Assembly: GCA_964525535.1 (NCBI GenBank)
Contig: CAZGHT010000015.1
Location: 15,140 to 79,139, forward strand
Length of the DNA: 64,000 bases
DNA from: an uncultured Rhodothermaceae bacterium
GTDB lineage: Bacteria > Bacteroidota > Rhodothermia > Rhodothermales > JAHQVL01
Reading direction: 5' to 3'
Numbering within the stretch: position 1 is the stretch's first letter; each line of letters starts with the position of its first letter. The translations under genes and the position numbers were made by a program. The notes beneath the pieces are model-generated. The model was not told where the DNA came from, did not search any database, and was given only the letters and a program-made list of their open reading frames with translations. This document shows positions 18,401 to 28,213 of the stretch, in pieces.

Positions 18401-18657
18401 TCCGTGTGCTCGAGTATAGACTGCAAGATCTTTCGCGAATCTTCGTTACCCCGGCTTAGTTCGTCCAGCATCAGATCGATGAGCTGCTCTTTGCTCATGT
18501 TCGACTCTTCCATCATCGTTTCCCAGAAATATTTGAGCCAGTCTTTGTTATTGCTGCGCACGCTTTCTTCGAAGGCTGCCGTAATCTCACAGAACAATTT
18601 TTGTAGATCTTGTTCTGAGAATATGTTATTTTCTTGGTCCGGTCCCGGAAAATGCAT
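18382..18657 (-). CDS. Small acidic hypothetical protein (91 aa)
   Basis: Track ORF 18382-18891 overlaps sixA, so I trimmed it to the internal ATG (MHFPGPDQENNIF...), 80 nt downstream of the sixA stop. It overlaps the perM stop by 19 nt, convergently. No motif. Confidence 0.3.
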   Translation of the reverse strand: MHFPGPDQENNIFSEQDLQKLFCEITAAFEESVRSNNKDWLKYFWETMMEESNMSKEQLIDLMLDELSRGNEDSRKILQSILEHTDHASEA

Positions 18658-18737
18658 GACTGGCAGTGTGGCTGGTTCTTTCCGGTGTATCGGCGCCGGG
18701 ATTTGGTCTCTTAAGCGCAGGGGCGACTTTCTGGCGA

Positions 18738-19226
18738 TCACAAGAATTTGGGGGGCTGGAACCAGATCAGGGTCCCTTCCCTCGCCCTTAATTCGCGCCA
18801 CGAATCGATATCGAAATCGATCCTTGCCATGGCCGCTGTCGGGAAATAAACCGCCGCACCACCGATAAGCCAGGACACGGCCATCGAACACGTGGGTTCG
18901 TGCCCTAACACCAGGATGCGCTCCCGATCGTCGGGAGCCTGTCGGGCAATCTCGATATATTCCTCTACTCCGGACCCGTAGAGGCCCTCGGTAATCACAG
19001 GCGAAGTCTCCCAGGAGCCTGCCTCCGAGGCATACTCATACGTTTCCCGGGTCCTCAATGCCGACGAGACCGCACAAAAACCAGGTATCTGATCGGTATC
19101 GGAAATCCACCTGCCCATAGCCTTCGACGCTTTGATCCCTCGTTTAGCCAGTGGCCGCTCATGATCTGTATCGAAGTCTGCATCCCAATCGGATTTTCCG
19201 TGTCGAAAGAGGATCAAGGTTTTCAT
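18738..19226 (-). CDS. sixA: Histidine phosphatase family protein, SixA-like phosphohistidine phosphatase
   Basis: MKTLILFRHGKSDW (RHG catalytic motif), ..RPLAKRG.., LGHEP. 162 aa. Confidence 0.8.
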   Translation of the reverse strand: MKTLILFRHGKSDWDADFDTDHERPLAKRGIKASKAMGRWISDTDQIPGFCAVSSALRTRETYEYASEAGSWETSPVITEGLYGSGVEEYIEIARQAPDDRERILVLGHEPTCSMAVSWLIGGAAVYFPTAAMARIDFDIDSWRELRAREGTLIWFQPPKFL

Positions 19227-19279
19227 AATTTTATTTCTGCAACGTCCTTCCCCTCAACAAATCAGAGGGACCGCATCCG

Positions 19280-20056
19280 ATGAACATTATTTGTTGCTAT
19301 AACATGAAAGGAGGGGTCGGCAAGACCACCACCGCGATCAACATCGCCTATCTGGCTGCACAGACCGGCGGGCGGACGCTGCTCTGGGATCTCGATCTGC
19401 AAGGATCCGCCAGTTTTATACTGAATGCCAGCCCCCCATCGAAAAGTACGTACAAAATAATCACTGGCAAAAAGCAAAACATCAAAAAACACATCCAGCA
19501 CACCGAATACGAAAACCTCCACCTCTTACCGGCCGATTTCTCGCTGAAAAAGATAGATCGGCACCTGTTGCTGAATAAGGGACCCAGCCAGCTCGTAAAA
19601 CGGGTGACAGAAGAACTGGCTCAAGAGTACGATCAGGTGATCGTGGACTGCGCCTCAGGCTTCACGGCCCTGAACCGGGACCTGCTCAAAGCGACGGACG
19701 TCATCCTCGCCCCTGTGATCCCTACCCCCCTCGGGTTCGAAACGCTCGAGCACCTCAAAGAACGCCTCAAGAAAGACCTTACTGACGACACCTTGCTTTT
19801 TCCGTTCTTTTCGATGGTTGACCGGCGCAAAAAGCTGCACAGGGACATTCTGAGCCTTCACCAGAATGGAAAAAGAGGCTTCATGCACAATACGATCCCG
19901 TATTCGAGCAAGGCAGAGCAGATGGCCGTCCATCACGCCCCCTTGCTTTCTTTTGACACAAAAAGTGCCGCCGCCAGAGCCTATCAGGCCCTCTGGAAGG
20001 AAATGATAGACTACGTAGGCATGCACGACCGGGTCAAACGGATCAAAATGTGGTGA
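19280..20056 (+). CDS. ParA/MinD-family P-loop ATPase (orphan; no parB or parS seen)
   Basis: Deviant Walker A: CCYNMKGGVGKTTTAINIAY. Also LLWDLDLQGSAS and VIVDCASG. Confidence 0.85.
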   Translation: MNIICCYNMKGGVGKTTTAINIAYLAAQTGGRTLLWDLDLQGSASFILNASPPSKSTYKIITGKKQNIKKHIQHTEYENLHLLPADFSLKKIDRHLLLNKGPSQLVKRVTEELAQEYDQVIVDCASGFTALNRDLLKATDVILAPVIPTPLGFETLEHLKERLKKDLTDDTLLFPFFSMVDRRKKLHRDILSLHQNGKRGFMHNTIPYSSKAEQMAVHHAPLLSFDTKSAAARAYQALWKEMIDYVGMHDRVKRIKMW

Positions 20057-20153
20057 AAGGCATAGATGATCCGGCAGGCGATGGCTTTCGAGATCCTTCG
20101 CGCATTTTCGGCGTAAATAACGGGCTTTTGTATGCGTTAACCGGACATCTTGC

Positions 20154-20669
20154 ATGAGTTACGACCACCTATTCCCTTCTTTATCCGACGAAGCCAGGCT
20201 GTGGGTGTACGCCACGGATCACGAAGTTTCGGAAGCCGCAGCGCACGAGATCCTGGTACGCCTGAGCGCCTTCATCGACCAGTGGCAGTCGCACGGCCGG
20301 CCGGTGCGCGCCGAATCAACGATCCTGTATCGTCGATTTATCCTGCTCGCTGCTGAGATTCCCGATGCAGAGATATCCGGATGTGGAATCGATGCATCGG
20401 TACATGCTCTCGAACAAATCGGAGCCGACCAGGGCTTTTCGCTGCTCACGGGCCTTTATGTTTTTTACCGGGGCGCTGGAGGCGAAGTGCTTCACGAACG
20501 CAGGGCCGGCTTCAGAAAACTGGTTCGCGAAGGAAAAGTCAACGGCGACACGGTTGTATTCGATCCGAGTATTACCCACCTCGCTCAGCTCAAGAATCGA
20601 GAGTTCGAGCGTCCGGCGTTGAAATCCTGGCATGCGACCGTGTTTCGCATCGCACCGGCTGCGGTGTAG
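20154..20669 (+). CDS. Conserved-looking hypothetical protein (171 aa)
   Basis: Clean ATG ORF 97 nt after parA. It contains ..WQSHGRPV..RRFILLAAEIPDAEISGCGIDASV... I recognise no catalytic motif. Confidence 0.6.
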   Translation: MSYDHLFPSLSDEARLWVYATDHEVSEAAAHEILVRLSAFIDQWQSHGRPVRAESTILYRRFILLAAEIPDAEISGCGIDASVHALEQIGADQGFSLLTGLYVFYRGAGGEVLHERRAGFRKLVREGKVNGDTVVFDPSITHLAQLKNREFERPALKSWHATVFRIAPAAV

Positions 20670-20808
20670 GACCGATTCTGTTCTTCTCGCAGGCGCCCAG
20701 TTGACGGGATACAGCCAGGATTATAACGGCTGCACACCGACGCACCACAGTGCCCAACACCCGTCTGTAATCTGTCCTTTTGTCTTGTAACACAGCTTTA
20801 CCGTACCT

Positions 20809-21777
20809 ATGAAAAAAGTAGTTGTCAGCGTCTTCGTGCTCGTCCTGGGATGGACTACGGCTGCCGATTCCGTGCTGGCTCAAACGTATATCAGCCAGGC
20901 GGCCATCAAGGAAATGCTGGACCGGCGGATAGAAAACGTCGAAAATTTACCGGAAGTGTACTACAACTACTTCACACTGTACAGCCGGCGCAACAACAAT
21001 GTGATGGCTCGAAACACGTTGTTCAAGGTACTCGGCGACGGCGACCTGAATCTCGGCAAAGAGCGCAGTAAGGTGGTTGAACTGCTCAATCGGAAACTCG
21101 TCCCCAACACGGATATCGGAGACACCCTGGTCGTCCCGAGCGTGTTCGAAACCGACTTCAGGGCCTATTCCCCATTCCCACTCTATTACCCTGGGGCTGA
21201 GAGTTTCCAGAAGTTATTTATCATCGAAAAGACGTTGCAGGCTTTCGCCGCCTACGAATACGGGACGTTGGCCCGCTGGGGTATCGTCAACACCGGCTCG
21301 GAGGAATCTCGAACGCCGAACGGCCGCTATAACTTCAACTGGAAAACAGAATACCGGGTGTCTTCATTAAGCCCGCCTGGTGAACCCTGGGAGATGTACT
21401 GGGTCTTCAACTTTCATCTCGAACGCGGCATCCATACGCATCAGTATGCTTTTCCGACGGGGGGGCCGACGAGCCACGGCTGCGTCCGCCTGATCGACGC
21501 CGATGCCGAGTGGGTGTACAACTGGGCTGACACCTGGAAAACATCCTCCGGCTCGCCGGGATTTTCGACTTCGTACGGGCGCATCAAAGAGCCGGGCACG
21601 GTTGTCCTCGTCATCGGCGAAGATCCGGCTCCAGGAGCATCCCCCCAGCCGTTCAGATATGAAGAGCGGTATCCCGTACTCAATCGTGTAGCGCTGCCCG
21701 CACATCCCTACGACATTCCTCCGGGCACGCCCCAACAGGAATATTTCGACAAGATCAGGTTGTCTTCTCTGGACTGA
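20809..21777 (+). CDS. L,D-transpeptidase (YkuD domain) with signal peptide
   Basis: Catalytic motif FPTGGPTSHGCVRL. Signal peptide MKKVVVSVFVLVLGWTTAADSVLAQ. Confidence 0.85.
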   Translation: MKKVVVSVFVLVLGWTTAADSVLAQTYISQAAIKEMLDRRIENVENLPEVYYNYFTLYSRRNNNVMARNTLFKVLGDGDLNLGKERSKVVELLNRKLVPNTDIGDTLVVPSVFETDFRAYSPFPLYYPGAESFQKLFIIEKTLQAFAAYEYGTLARWGIVNTGSEESRTPNGRYNFNWKTEYRVSSLSPPGEPWEMYWVFNFHLERGIHTHQYAFPTGGPTSHGCVRLIDADAEWVYNWADTWKTSSGSPGFSTSYGRIKEPGTVVLVIGEDPAPGASPQPFRYEERYPVLNRVALPAHPYDIPPGTPQQEYFDKIRLSSLD

Positions 21778-21810
21778 GAAGCGGTGTCGAGATCCTCGGA
21801 TGAGGAGCCC

Positions 21811-22923
21811 TCAGCGAATCGGCTTGAAGATACGGTCGCTGCGGACTTTCTCGCGGAGTGCATCCCAGGAAAAATAAACCATCAGAGCCTTCCCTACGAC
21901 GTGATCGCGGGGCACGAATCCCCACGTCCTGCTATCCAGGGAACTGTCCCTGTTGTCTCCCATGACGAAGTAATAGTCTTGTTCGACGACGTAAACGTTG
22001 CTCTGCTGGCCGTCGATCTCATAGGTATCCGGTGCGATCTGCGCGGCGTCGTGGCGTTCATGGCGCACGATGAGGTCTTTGTAGATGGACCAGTTTCCCT
22101 CGTTGAGCATCAAGGTATCCCCTCTCTGGGGAATATAAATCGGCCCGTAGTTGTCCATGCTGAACGAACTGTGCGGCGGAAAAACGCGGGCTCTGAAGCT
22201 TGGCCCCCGTACGTTGGCTTCCAGGCCGTCGATCTCGGCCCATGCTTTGACCTCGTTGGCTACGGCTACGGAGGCTTCGAACTTGATGGGGTCTCCCTGA
22301 CGCTGGGGTTGAATCAACTGATAGACCCCGACTTCTTTCAGCTTTCTGAGCAGGTGTAACCCCCCGCGGGCCGGGCGCGCGATCCACATCTGTTTCATGT
22401 CATCCCGCATCGGAAGGGCTGCGCCGTTGGTGGTGGCTACTTTGTTCACGATGCGCAACGTATCCCCGGGCAGCCCGATCACGCGCTTGATGTAGTGCGT
22501 CTTCCGGTCAACAGGGACATCCTCCGCCGGCACATTGAATACAATCACGTCATTTCGGTCTACCTTCTTGAAGCCCGGAAGTCGCATGGCCGGGAGTTCC
22601 GTGCCATCCAGGTACATGTTGGTAAAAGGGAGCCCGATAGTAACCGGGAGCCGGGGGCCGTAATGAAATTTGGACACCAGCACAAAATCTCCCACCCGAA
22701 GGGTATCCTCCATAGACTCGGAGGGAATGCGGAAGGCTTCGAAGAAAAGCGCCCGGATGAGCAGTGCCGCAATAAATGCGACGACCAGCGCCACAGACCA
22801 TTCCCACAAGACGCTTTTCCGGCCCTGCCATACGGGTGAAGCGACCTCCTGCAGAGGAGGTTCTGGGAGCGTGCTGCTCAGAACACGAGAAGAGGATTCG
22901 GTTTGATAATCAAGGGATTTCAA
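21811..22923 (-). CDS. lepB: Signal peptidase I (copy 1)
   Basis: IPSESMEDTLRVGDFVLVSKFHYG (catalytic Ser box), IKRVIGLPGD, GDNRDSSLDSRTWGFVP. The only in-frame start upstream of the TM anchor is the TTG at 22923. Confidence 0.9.
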   Translation of the reverse strand: MKSLDYQTESSSRVLSSTLPEPPLQEVASPVWQGRKSVLWEWSVALVVAFIAALLIRALFFEAFRIPSESMEDTLRVGDFVLVSKFHYGPRLPVTIGLPFTNMYLDGTELPAMRLPGFKKVDRNDVIVFNVPAEDVPVDRKTHYIKRVIGLPGDTLRIVNKVATTNGAALPMRDDMKQMWIARPARGGLHLLRKLKEVGVYQLIQPQRQGDPIKFEASVAVANEVKAWAEIDGLEANVRGPSFRARVFPPHSSFSMDNYGPIYIPQRGDTLMLNEGNWSIYKDLIVRHERHDAAQIAPDTYEIDGQQSNVYVVEQDYYFVMGDNRDSSLDSRTWGFVPRDHVVGKALMVYFSWDALREKVRSDRIFKPIR

Positions 22924-22943
22924 GGCGATATGTCGGCTAATAC

Positions 22944-24077
22944 CTAATCAATAACTTTGAAAAGCCGATTGAACCGGGGCAGGTTTCTCGTTTTGTCCCA
23001 GGAATAATAAATCAGAAGGGCCTTACCGACCACGTGATCCATAGGGACAACCCCCCAGAACCGGCTGTCTTCTGAGTTATCGCGGTTATCACCCATAACA
23101 AAATAGTAATCTTGAGAAAAACGGTACGAAGTGACCGGATTCCCATCAATTTCAAATACGCCATCCGGCGTGACTCGCGTGGCATGCCCTTCGTAGCGCC
23201 GGATCACAGGTTCATAAACCGGCCAGTTCTCCTCGGTGAGCGTCACGGTTTCGCCTTTGCTGGGAATCTGAACGGGGCCGTAATTGTCCGGCGTATACCC
23301 TCTCCCGGGGGGGTACATCACCGCGCTATATCCGGCGTTCGACGGAGCGATATACGGCTCTACGTGATCGATATAGGACCAGGACTGAACCTCACGGATC
23401 GCCTGCTCGGTAGCCATGATGCGAACCAGACTGGGATTTACAGCCATCGCGAGCGTATCGACGCCGATCGCCTGGAGGCGTTTAGGCGACACGACGACGC
23501 GCTCATCGGTCTTGTACACATCCCAGAACTGCTGCATACCTTCGGCGAGGGGCTGCGGCTCGCCGTTTACGTGGACGACCTTGTCGGCCACTGAAATACG
23601 TTCTCCAGGCAATCCAACCACCCTCTTTATGTAGTGCATCTTCCGATCGATCGGCTTCTGCTCAACGGGGTAATTAAAAACGATCGCATCCCCCCTTTTG
23701 ATGTCCGAAAAACCGGGGAAGCGGACGTGAGGCAGTTCCAAACCAGGAAGGTGATACTGGGTGAAGGGAATACCCAGGCTGATAGGCGTCCGCGTCCCAT
23801 AATTCAGCTTTGAGACAAAGAGGTAGTCGCCTACCAGCAGGCTCTTCTCCATCGAGGGGGTCGGAATACGAAACAGGTCGAAGATGAAGGTCCGCACGAT
23901 GAGCATCACCACAAGGGCAAAGACGAGCGCCTCGACCCACTCGCGGATTTTTCCCTTCTGCGGGGGGAGCGGTTTGGCCTCTTTCGCCGGCCGGCCGTTC
24001 GTGGACGCTTTATCCCGCTTTCGGTTTTTCTGCCTTTTTTTCCGCCGTTGAACTCTCTTTTTCTGTGTAGTTGCCAA
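22944..24077 (-). CDS. lepB: Signal peptidase I (copy 2, tandem paralogue, K/R-rich N-terminus)
   Basis: IPTPSMEKSLLVGDYLFVSKLNYG, IKRVVGLPGE, GDNRDNSEDSRFWGVVP. TTG start at 24077. Confidence 0.9.
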   Translation of the reverse strand: MATTQKKRVQRRKKRQKNRKRDKASTNGRPAKEAKPLPPQKGKIREWVEALVFALVVMLIVRTFIFDLFRIPTPSMEKSLLVGDYLFVSKLNYGTRTPISLGIPFTQYHLPGLELPHVRFPGFSDIKRGDAIVFNYPVEQKPIDRKMHYIKRVVGLPGERISVADKVVHVNGEPQPLAEGMQQFWDVYKTDERVVVSPKRLQAIGVDTLAMAVNPSLVRIMATEQAIREVQSWSYIDHVEPYIAPSNAGYSAVMYPPGRGYTPDNYGPVQIPSKGETVTLTEENWPVYEPVIRRYEGHATRVTPDGVFEIDGNPVTSYRFSQDYYFVMGDNRDNSEDSRFWGVVPMDHVVGKALLIYYSWDKTRNLPRFNRLFKVID

Positions 24078-24095
24078 AGCGTATTCTCTTCAATT

Positions 24096-24902
24096 TCAAT
24101 CCAAACGATTAATCACACCGACCCACGGCCGGCCCAGCGCCAGATTAGGCTGACCGATGGGTTCATAGAAGTAAGAAGCCCCATTATATCCTACGTAATA
24201 CCAGTTACGCAAGATCGCGTCGAAATAGTAATCTACATAAGGGGCCCGCCTTTTTGAGTCCATAAACTCCTCAAGTAACGATTCACGCACCTCCAATAGT
24301 ATATCGCGATACCGCTGGTCGCTCGATGCAATGAGGCCTCTTTCGAAGGGACCGTTTACGTCCATCAAGACTACAGGGATGGAATCGTTGACGACGAACC
24401 AATACTCGAACTGTATATAGCGATCTCTTGTTCTGTGATAGGCGACATTACCCATGAGTTCTGAGATCGTCTGCGTGGGCGGGCCGTAGAAGGCCTCCAT
24501 TCGGGCGCGCAATTCGCGGGTATAGGTCGTATCGACGGGCAACAGCGGTTCCGTACCCAGGTACGCCCAGAGGGTGTTTTCAAACTGCTTCAGAAACCAG
24601 ACGCGTTCAAACTTACGAATGAGCCTCCATTCCTGGATCTCAAAGGTTCTTTTGCGCTGATTCCACGCGTTGATACGGGCATTCTCGCTAATCTGATCGA
24701 GCCACTGCTGGATGGTGTCGGCCCGTGTGGGTAGATGCTGCAGCTCTTCAGGCTGCGCCTCACGCCCCTTCTCGAGGAGGTATTGTCGAACCTGAACCTC
24801 GAAGCGGGCTTTTCGATATCGTTCGATCAGATCTTGCGCCTGCAATGGCGTCACCAACATGCAGGCGAGAACAAAAAGGATCGAAAGTCGCGAGCTGTGC
24901 AT
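24096..24902 (-). CDS. Hypothetical secreted protein (268 aa)
   Basis: ATG start. Signal peptide MHSSRLSILFVLACMLVTPLQAQ. It lies between lepA and lepB on the same strand. No motif recognised. Confidence 0.65.
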   Translation of the reverse strand: MHSSRLSILFVLACMLVTPLQAQDLIERYRKARFEVQVRQYLLEKGREAQPEELQHLPTRADTIQQWLDQISENARINAWNQRKRTFEIQEWRLIRKFERVWFLKQFENTLWAYLGTEPLLPVDTTYTRELRARMEAFYGPPTQTISELMGNVAYHRTRDRYIQFEYWFVVNDSIPVVLMDVNGPFERGLIASSDQRYRDILLEVRESLLEEFMDSKRRAPYVDYYFDAILRNWYYVGYNGASYFYEPIGQPNLALGRPWVGVINRLD

Positions 24903-25045
24903 CGTGAATTCAGTGGATGGGATTTACCGGGTAAAATAGTACATGACCTCTTCGGTTATCTACCCTTTTACCGCACAAATAGCGTCCCACATTGGCGCAA
25001 TCTCGGCGCCACCGGATAAAAAATTGACGCTCGAACGGAGAAAAG

Positions 25046-26851
25046 TCAATCTTCTATAGACAGGACAGCCAGGAAGGCTTCCTGCGGCACGTCAACGCGA
25101 CCGACCTGCTTCATACGTTTTTTCCCTTCCTTCTGCTTTTCGAGCAGTTTACGTTTACGCGAAATATCACCGCCGTAACATTTAGCGATCACATCTTTCC
25201 GCAGCGCCTTGACGGTTTCCCGTGCTATCACACGCGTGCCAATAGCGGCTTGAAGGGCTACTTCAAAAAGTTGCCTGGGGATCAGGTCCTTGAGCTTGCG
25301 CGTCAACTTCCGGCCGATCTCATACGCCTTTTCGTGGTGTACGATAGTCGAGAGAGTATCGACCGGATCGCCATTAATCATAATGTCCAGTTTTACGAGC
25401 TTGCTGGGCCTATAGTCGAGAATTTCGTAATCGAAGGATGCATAACCCCGGCTGACGCTTTTGAGCTTATCGTAAAAATCGAAGACAATTTCCGACAGGG
25501 GGAGCTCATATTGCAGATCGACCCGTTCGGTGTCGAGGTATTGGGTATTGATGTATATACCACGGCGCTCCTGGGACAGCTGCATCAGTGAGCCAATGTA
25601 TTCGGTTGGCGTAATGATCTGAGCACGAACGAACGGTTCCCGGATTTCGTCGATTTTTCCGGGCGGAGGCATCGAACTGGGGTTGTCTACGATGATCTCT
25701 TCGCCGTCGGTCAGGGTTACTTCATACTTCACGTTGGGCACCGTCGTGATGATGTCCAGACCGAATTCCCGATCGAGGCGCTCCTGGATGATTTCCATGT
25801 GGAGCAGCCCGAGAAACCCCACTCTGAAGCCGAAGCCAAGCGCCAACGACGTCTCTGGTTCATAGGTCAGCGAAGCATCGTTGAGCTGGAGTTTGTCCAG
25901 GGAAGAGCGCAGGTCTTCGAAATCTTCGGCATGGGTCGGATACACGCCGCTGAACACCATCGGTTTGGCTTCCAGGAAGCCCTTGATCGGGGAACGGGCG
26001 GGGTTCCGAGCCAGGGTGATGGTGTCGCCCACACGAGTATCTCTGACGTCTTTCACCGAACCGATGATATAACCGACTTCACCGGGATTGAGTTCGGAGA
26101 CCACCTCCATCCCAAGGCGGAGCACTCCGATTTCTTCGGCGTCGTATTCTTTGCCGTTCGACATGAACTTGATGCGGTCTCCCTCCTTCAATTGACCGTC
26201 AAAGATCCGTGCATAGGCAATGGCACCCCGGTACTGATTAAATACCGAATCGAAGATCAGCGCTTTCAGGGGTGCGTCGGGATCTCCTTGAGGCGGGGGG
26301 ATGCGCTTGATGATTTTGTCCAGCAGGACTTCAACGCCGGCGCCCGTCTTGGCACTGATAGAGAGGATGTCCTCCGCAGGTTCTCCGAGAAGTTGTTCGA
26401 TAGACTGAGCGACTATATCGGGGCGAGCGCTGGGAAGGTCTACTTTATTAAGAACGGGGATGATCTCGAGGTCGCACTCCATGGCGAGATACAAATTGGA
26501 TATGGTCTGAGCCTCGATCCCCTGGGCGGCGTCGACGACCAGGATGGCGCCTTCGCACGCATTGAGCGCTCGGGAAACCTCGTAGGTGAAGTCCACATGG
26601 CCAGGGGTATCGATCAAATTCAGGATATACCGTCCTCCGTCCCCGGCCTGATAATGCATCCGAATTGCATGGCTCTTGATCGTGATGCCGCGCTCACGTT
26701 CGAGATCCATGCTATCGAGCACCTGGTTTTGCATGTCGCGCTGGCTCAACGTGCCGGTCAACTCGAGGAGGCGATCAGCGAGCGTACTTTTCCCGTGATC
26801 AATATGCGCAATGATGCAAAAATTTCGTATCAAGGAATGAGAACTGGGCAT
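25046..26851 (-). CDS. lepA: Translation elongation factor 4 (LepA)
   Basis: [40 protein letters not shown]-terminal LepA-specific region ..[24 protein letters not shown]... Confidence 0.97.
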   Translation of the reverse strand: MPSSHSLIRNFCIIAHIDHGKSTLADRLLELTGTLSQRDMQNQVLDSMDLERERGITIKSHAIRMHYQAGDGGRYILNLIDTPGHVDFTYEVSRALNACEGAILVVDAAQGIEAQTISNLYLAMECDLEIIPVLNKVDLPSARPDIVAQSIEQLLGEPAEDILSISAKTGAGVEVLLDKIIKRIPPPQGDPDAPLKALIFDSVFNQYRGAIAYARIFDGQLKEGDRIKFMSNGKEYDAEEIGVLRLGMEVVSELNPGEVGYIIGSVKDVRDTRVGDTITLARNPARSPIKGFLEAKPMVFSGVYPTHAEDFEDLRSSLDKLQLNDASLTYEPETSLALGFGFRVGFLGLLHMEIIQERLDREFGLDIITTVPNVKYEVTLTDGEEIIVDNPSSMPPPGKIDEIREPFVRAQIITPTEYIGSLMQLSQERRGIYINTQYLDTERVDLQYELPLSEIVFDFYDKLKSVSRGYASFDYEILDYRPSKLVKLDIMINGDPVDTLSTIVHHEKAYEIGRKLTRKLKDLIPRQLFEVALQAAIGTRVIARETVKALRKDVIAKCYGGDISRKRKLLEKQKEGKKRMKQVGRVDVPQEAFLAVLSIED

Positions 26852-26922
26852 GCACGCACCTCTGGAATCTCGACTTCTTCATCGGGACCTGACTGCAGGG
26901 CAACAAGGTTACCTGTCAACCG

Positions 26923-27651
26923 TCAATCCCCCTTCAGTTGTTCCTGATCCACGGCAGAAGAGAGCGATTCATTACCGTTTGAGGGGACGGGGTTGTCCAA
27001 CGGCATCGGGGGCCGGGCTGCTGGCTCTTCGATACTTTGTGGCTCGTCATGGCTTTGCCCGTTGGAGCAATCCGTGAGAGAGGAATCCCGGGAGGCGCCC
27101 AGTATGCTTTGCTGGAATTTGTTTTGAAAAACGAGGATGCCAATGACGCCGGCCACAATGGCCATGTCTGCGACGTTCCAGATGGGAAACAGGGCTGCGT
27201 ACTTCCCGCCTATAAAAGGAATGGCGTTGGGCAGGTAACCCTTCCAGATATTAACGTGGATAAAATCGACGACACGCCCCGTGAAAAGCGGCCCCTTATA
27301 CAAAAAGTACCCGTAAAACACGCGGTCGATGATGTTGCCGAGCGCTCCTCCCAGGATGAAGGCGATACTCACCCTGTACCACAGATAACTATGCCGGACC
27401 TTAAAGAGGTAGAGAAAGATCAGCAACGTGGCAGAGATGGAGAGCACCGTAACGAGCCCTCTGGGCCCGAAGTTGATCCCGAACGCCATGCCCGGGTTTT
27501 CGGTGTAGGTAAACCGGAGCCAGTCCCCCAACAGCGGGATAGACTGCTGAATGGTCATGGAATGATGAACGATCAGCTTGGTAGTCTGATCGACGACGAT
27601 AATGACTGCGGCTATCCAGATTAAGTGCATGTGACGGATCGTTCTCCTCAA
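26923..27651 (-). CDS. lspA: Lipoprotein signal peptidase (signal peptidase II) with a ~70-aa hydrophilic C-terminal extension
   Basis: VVDQTTKLIV, NPGMAFG, GGALGNIIDR, VVDFI, FPIWNVADMAI. The track start is a TTG at 27651. The ATG at 27630 (MHLIWIAAV..) is at least as likely. Confidence 0.9.
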   Translation of the reverse strand: MRRTIRHMHLIWIAAVIIVVDQTTKLIVHHSMTIQQSIPLLGDWLRFTYTENPGMAFGINFGPRGLVTVLSISATLLIFLYLFKVRHSYLWYRVSIAFILGGALGNIIDRVFYGYFLYKGPLFTGRVVDFIHVNIWKGYLPNAIPFIGGKYAALFPIWNVADMAIVAGVIGILVFQNKFQQSILGASRDSSLTDCSNGQSHDEPQSIEEPAARPPMPLDNPVPSNGNESLSSAVDQEQLKGD

Positions 27652-27690
27652 GGCGGGTCAACAATGCCCGTATACCCCGGGGTACACAGG

Positions 27691-28095
27691 TTATCTCTTC
27701 TTCTGCATGAGTTTCGCTTCGATTGATATTTCTGTGTGAGGGACTGCAGACAGGCGTTCTTTAGAGATGGGTTTACCCGTAATTTTGCAAATGCCGTACG
27801 TCTTACTCTGAATCCTCTGGAGGGCACGATCCAGGTACCCCACGTATTTCTGCTGGCGGGCAATCATCAAATACAATTTCTCTCGCTCCATCGCGTCTGT
27901 CCCGGCGTCAGCCATATGGAAGCTATAGGCCGTGTCATTTTCAGCCTGTTCGCGGGCATCCTGCAACTGGCTCCGAAGCCGCTCGATATCTTCTACAGCC
28001 GAAGCGCGCCGCTTCTTGATCAGGTCGCTAAAATATCCTAGTTCATCATCGGAAAACGGAGACTGGATGGCTGGTTGAGTTTCAATTTTTTCCAT
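27691..28095 (-). CDS. DksA/TraR-family regulator (Cys-less zinc-finger variant typical of Bacteroidota)
   Basis: C-terminus: ALQRIQSKTYGICKITGKPISKERLSAVPHTEISIEAK. I chose the ATG at 28095 (MEKIETQ.., 134 aa). The track ORF extends to a TTG at 28200. Confidence 0.8.
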   Translation of the reverse strand: MEKIETQPAIQSPFSDDELGYFSDLIKKRRASAVEDIERLRSQLQDAREQAENDTAYSFHMADAGTDAMEREKLYLMIARQQKYVGYLDRALQRIQSKTYGICKITGKPISKERLSAVPHTEISIEAKLMQKKR

Positions 28096-28213
28096 GTCCT
28101 TCTGACTTTGGATGAGAATTTCCTCGATACGCGGGGGGATACTGATTTCAAGTTCGTGAGATCTGGAAAGCTTGAAGAGAAGGTACGCAATTAACCCCAA
28201 AGAAAATCAACTT

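Noticed and set aside
18382-18891. The full-length 169-aa ORF overlapping sixA.
   Set aside because: Its first 78 codons overlap the C-terminal part of the clearly recognisable sixA gene in another frame. Only the part downstream of the internal ATG (18657) is kept, and at low confidence.
27691-28095. The DksA/TraR homologue lacking the four zinc-finger cysteines, considered as a novelty.
   Set aside because: As far as I recall, the ..YGIC.(V/I)TGK.I.KERL.AVPH... Cys-poor form is the standard Bacteroidota version. This is a lineage trait, not a local anomaly.
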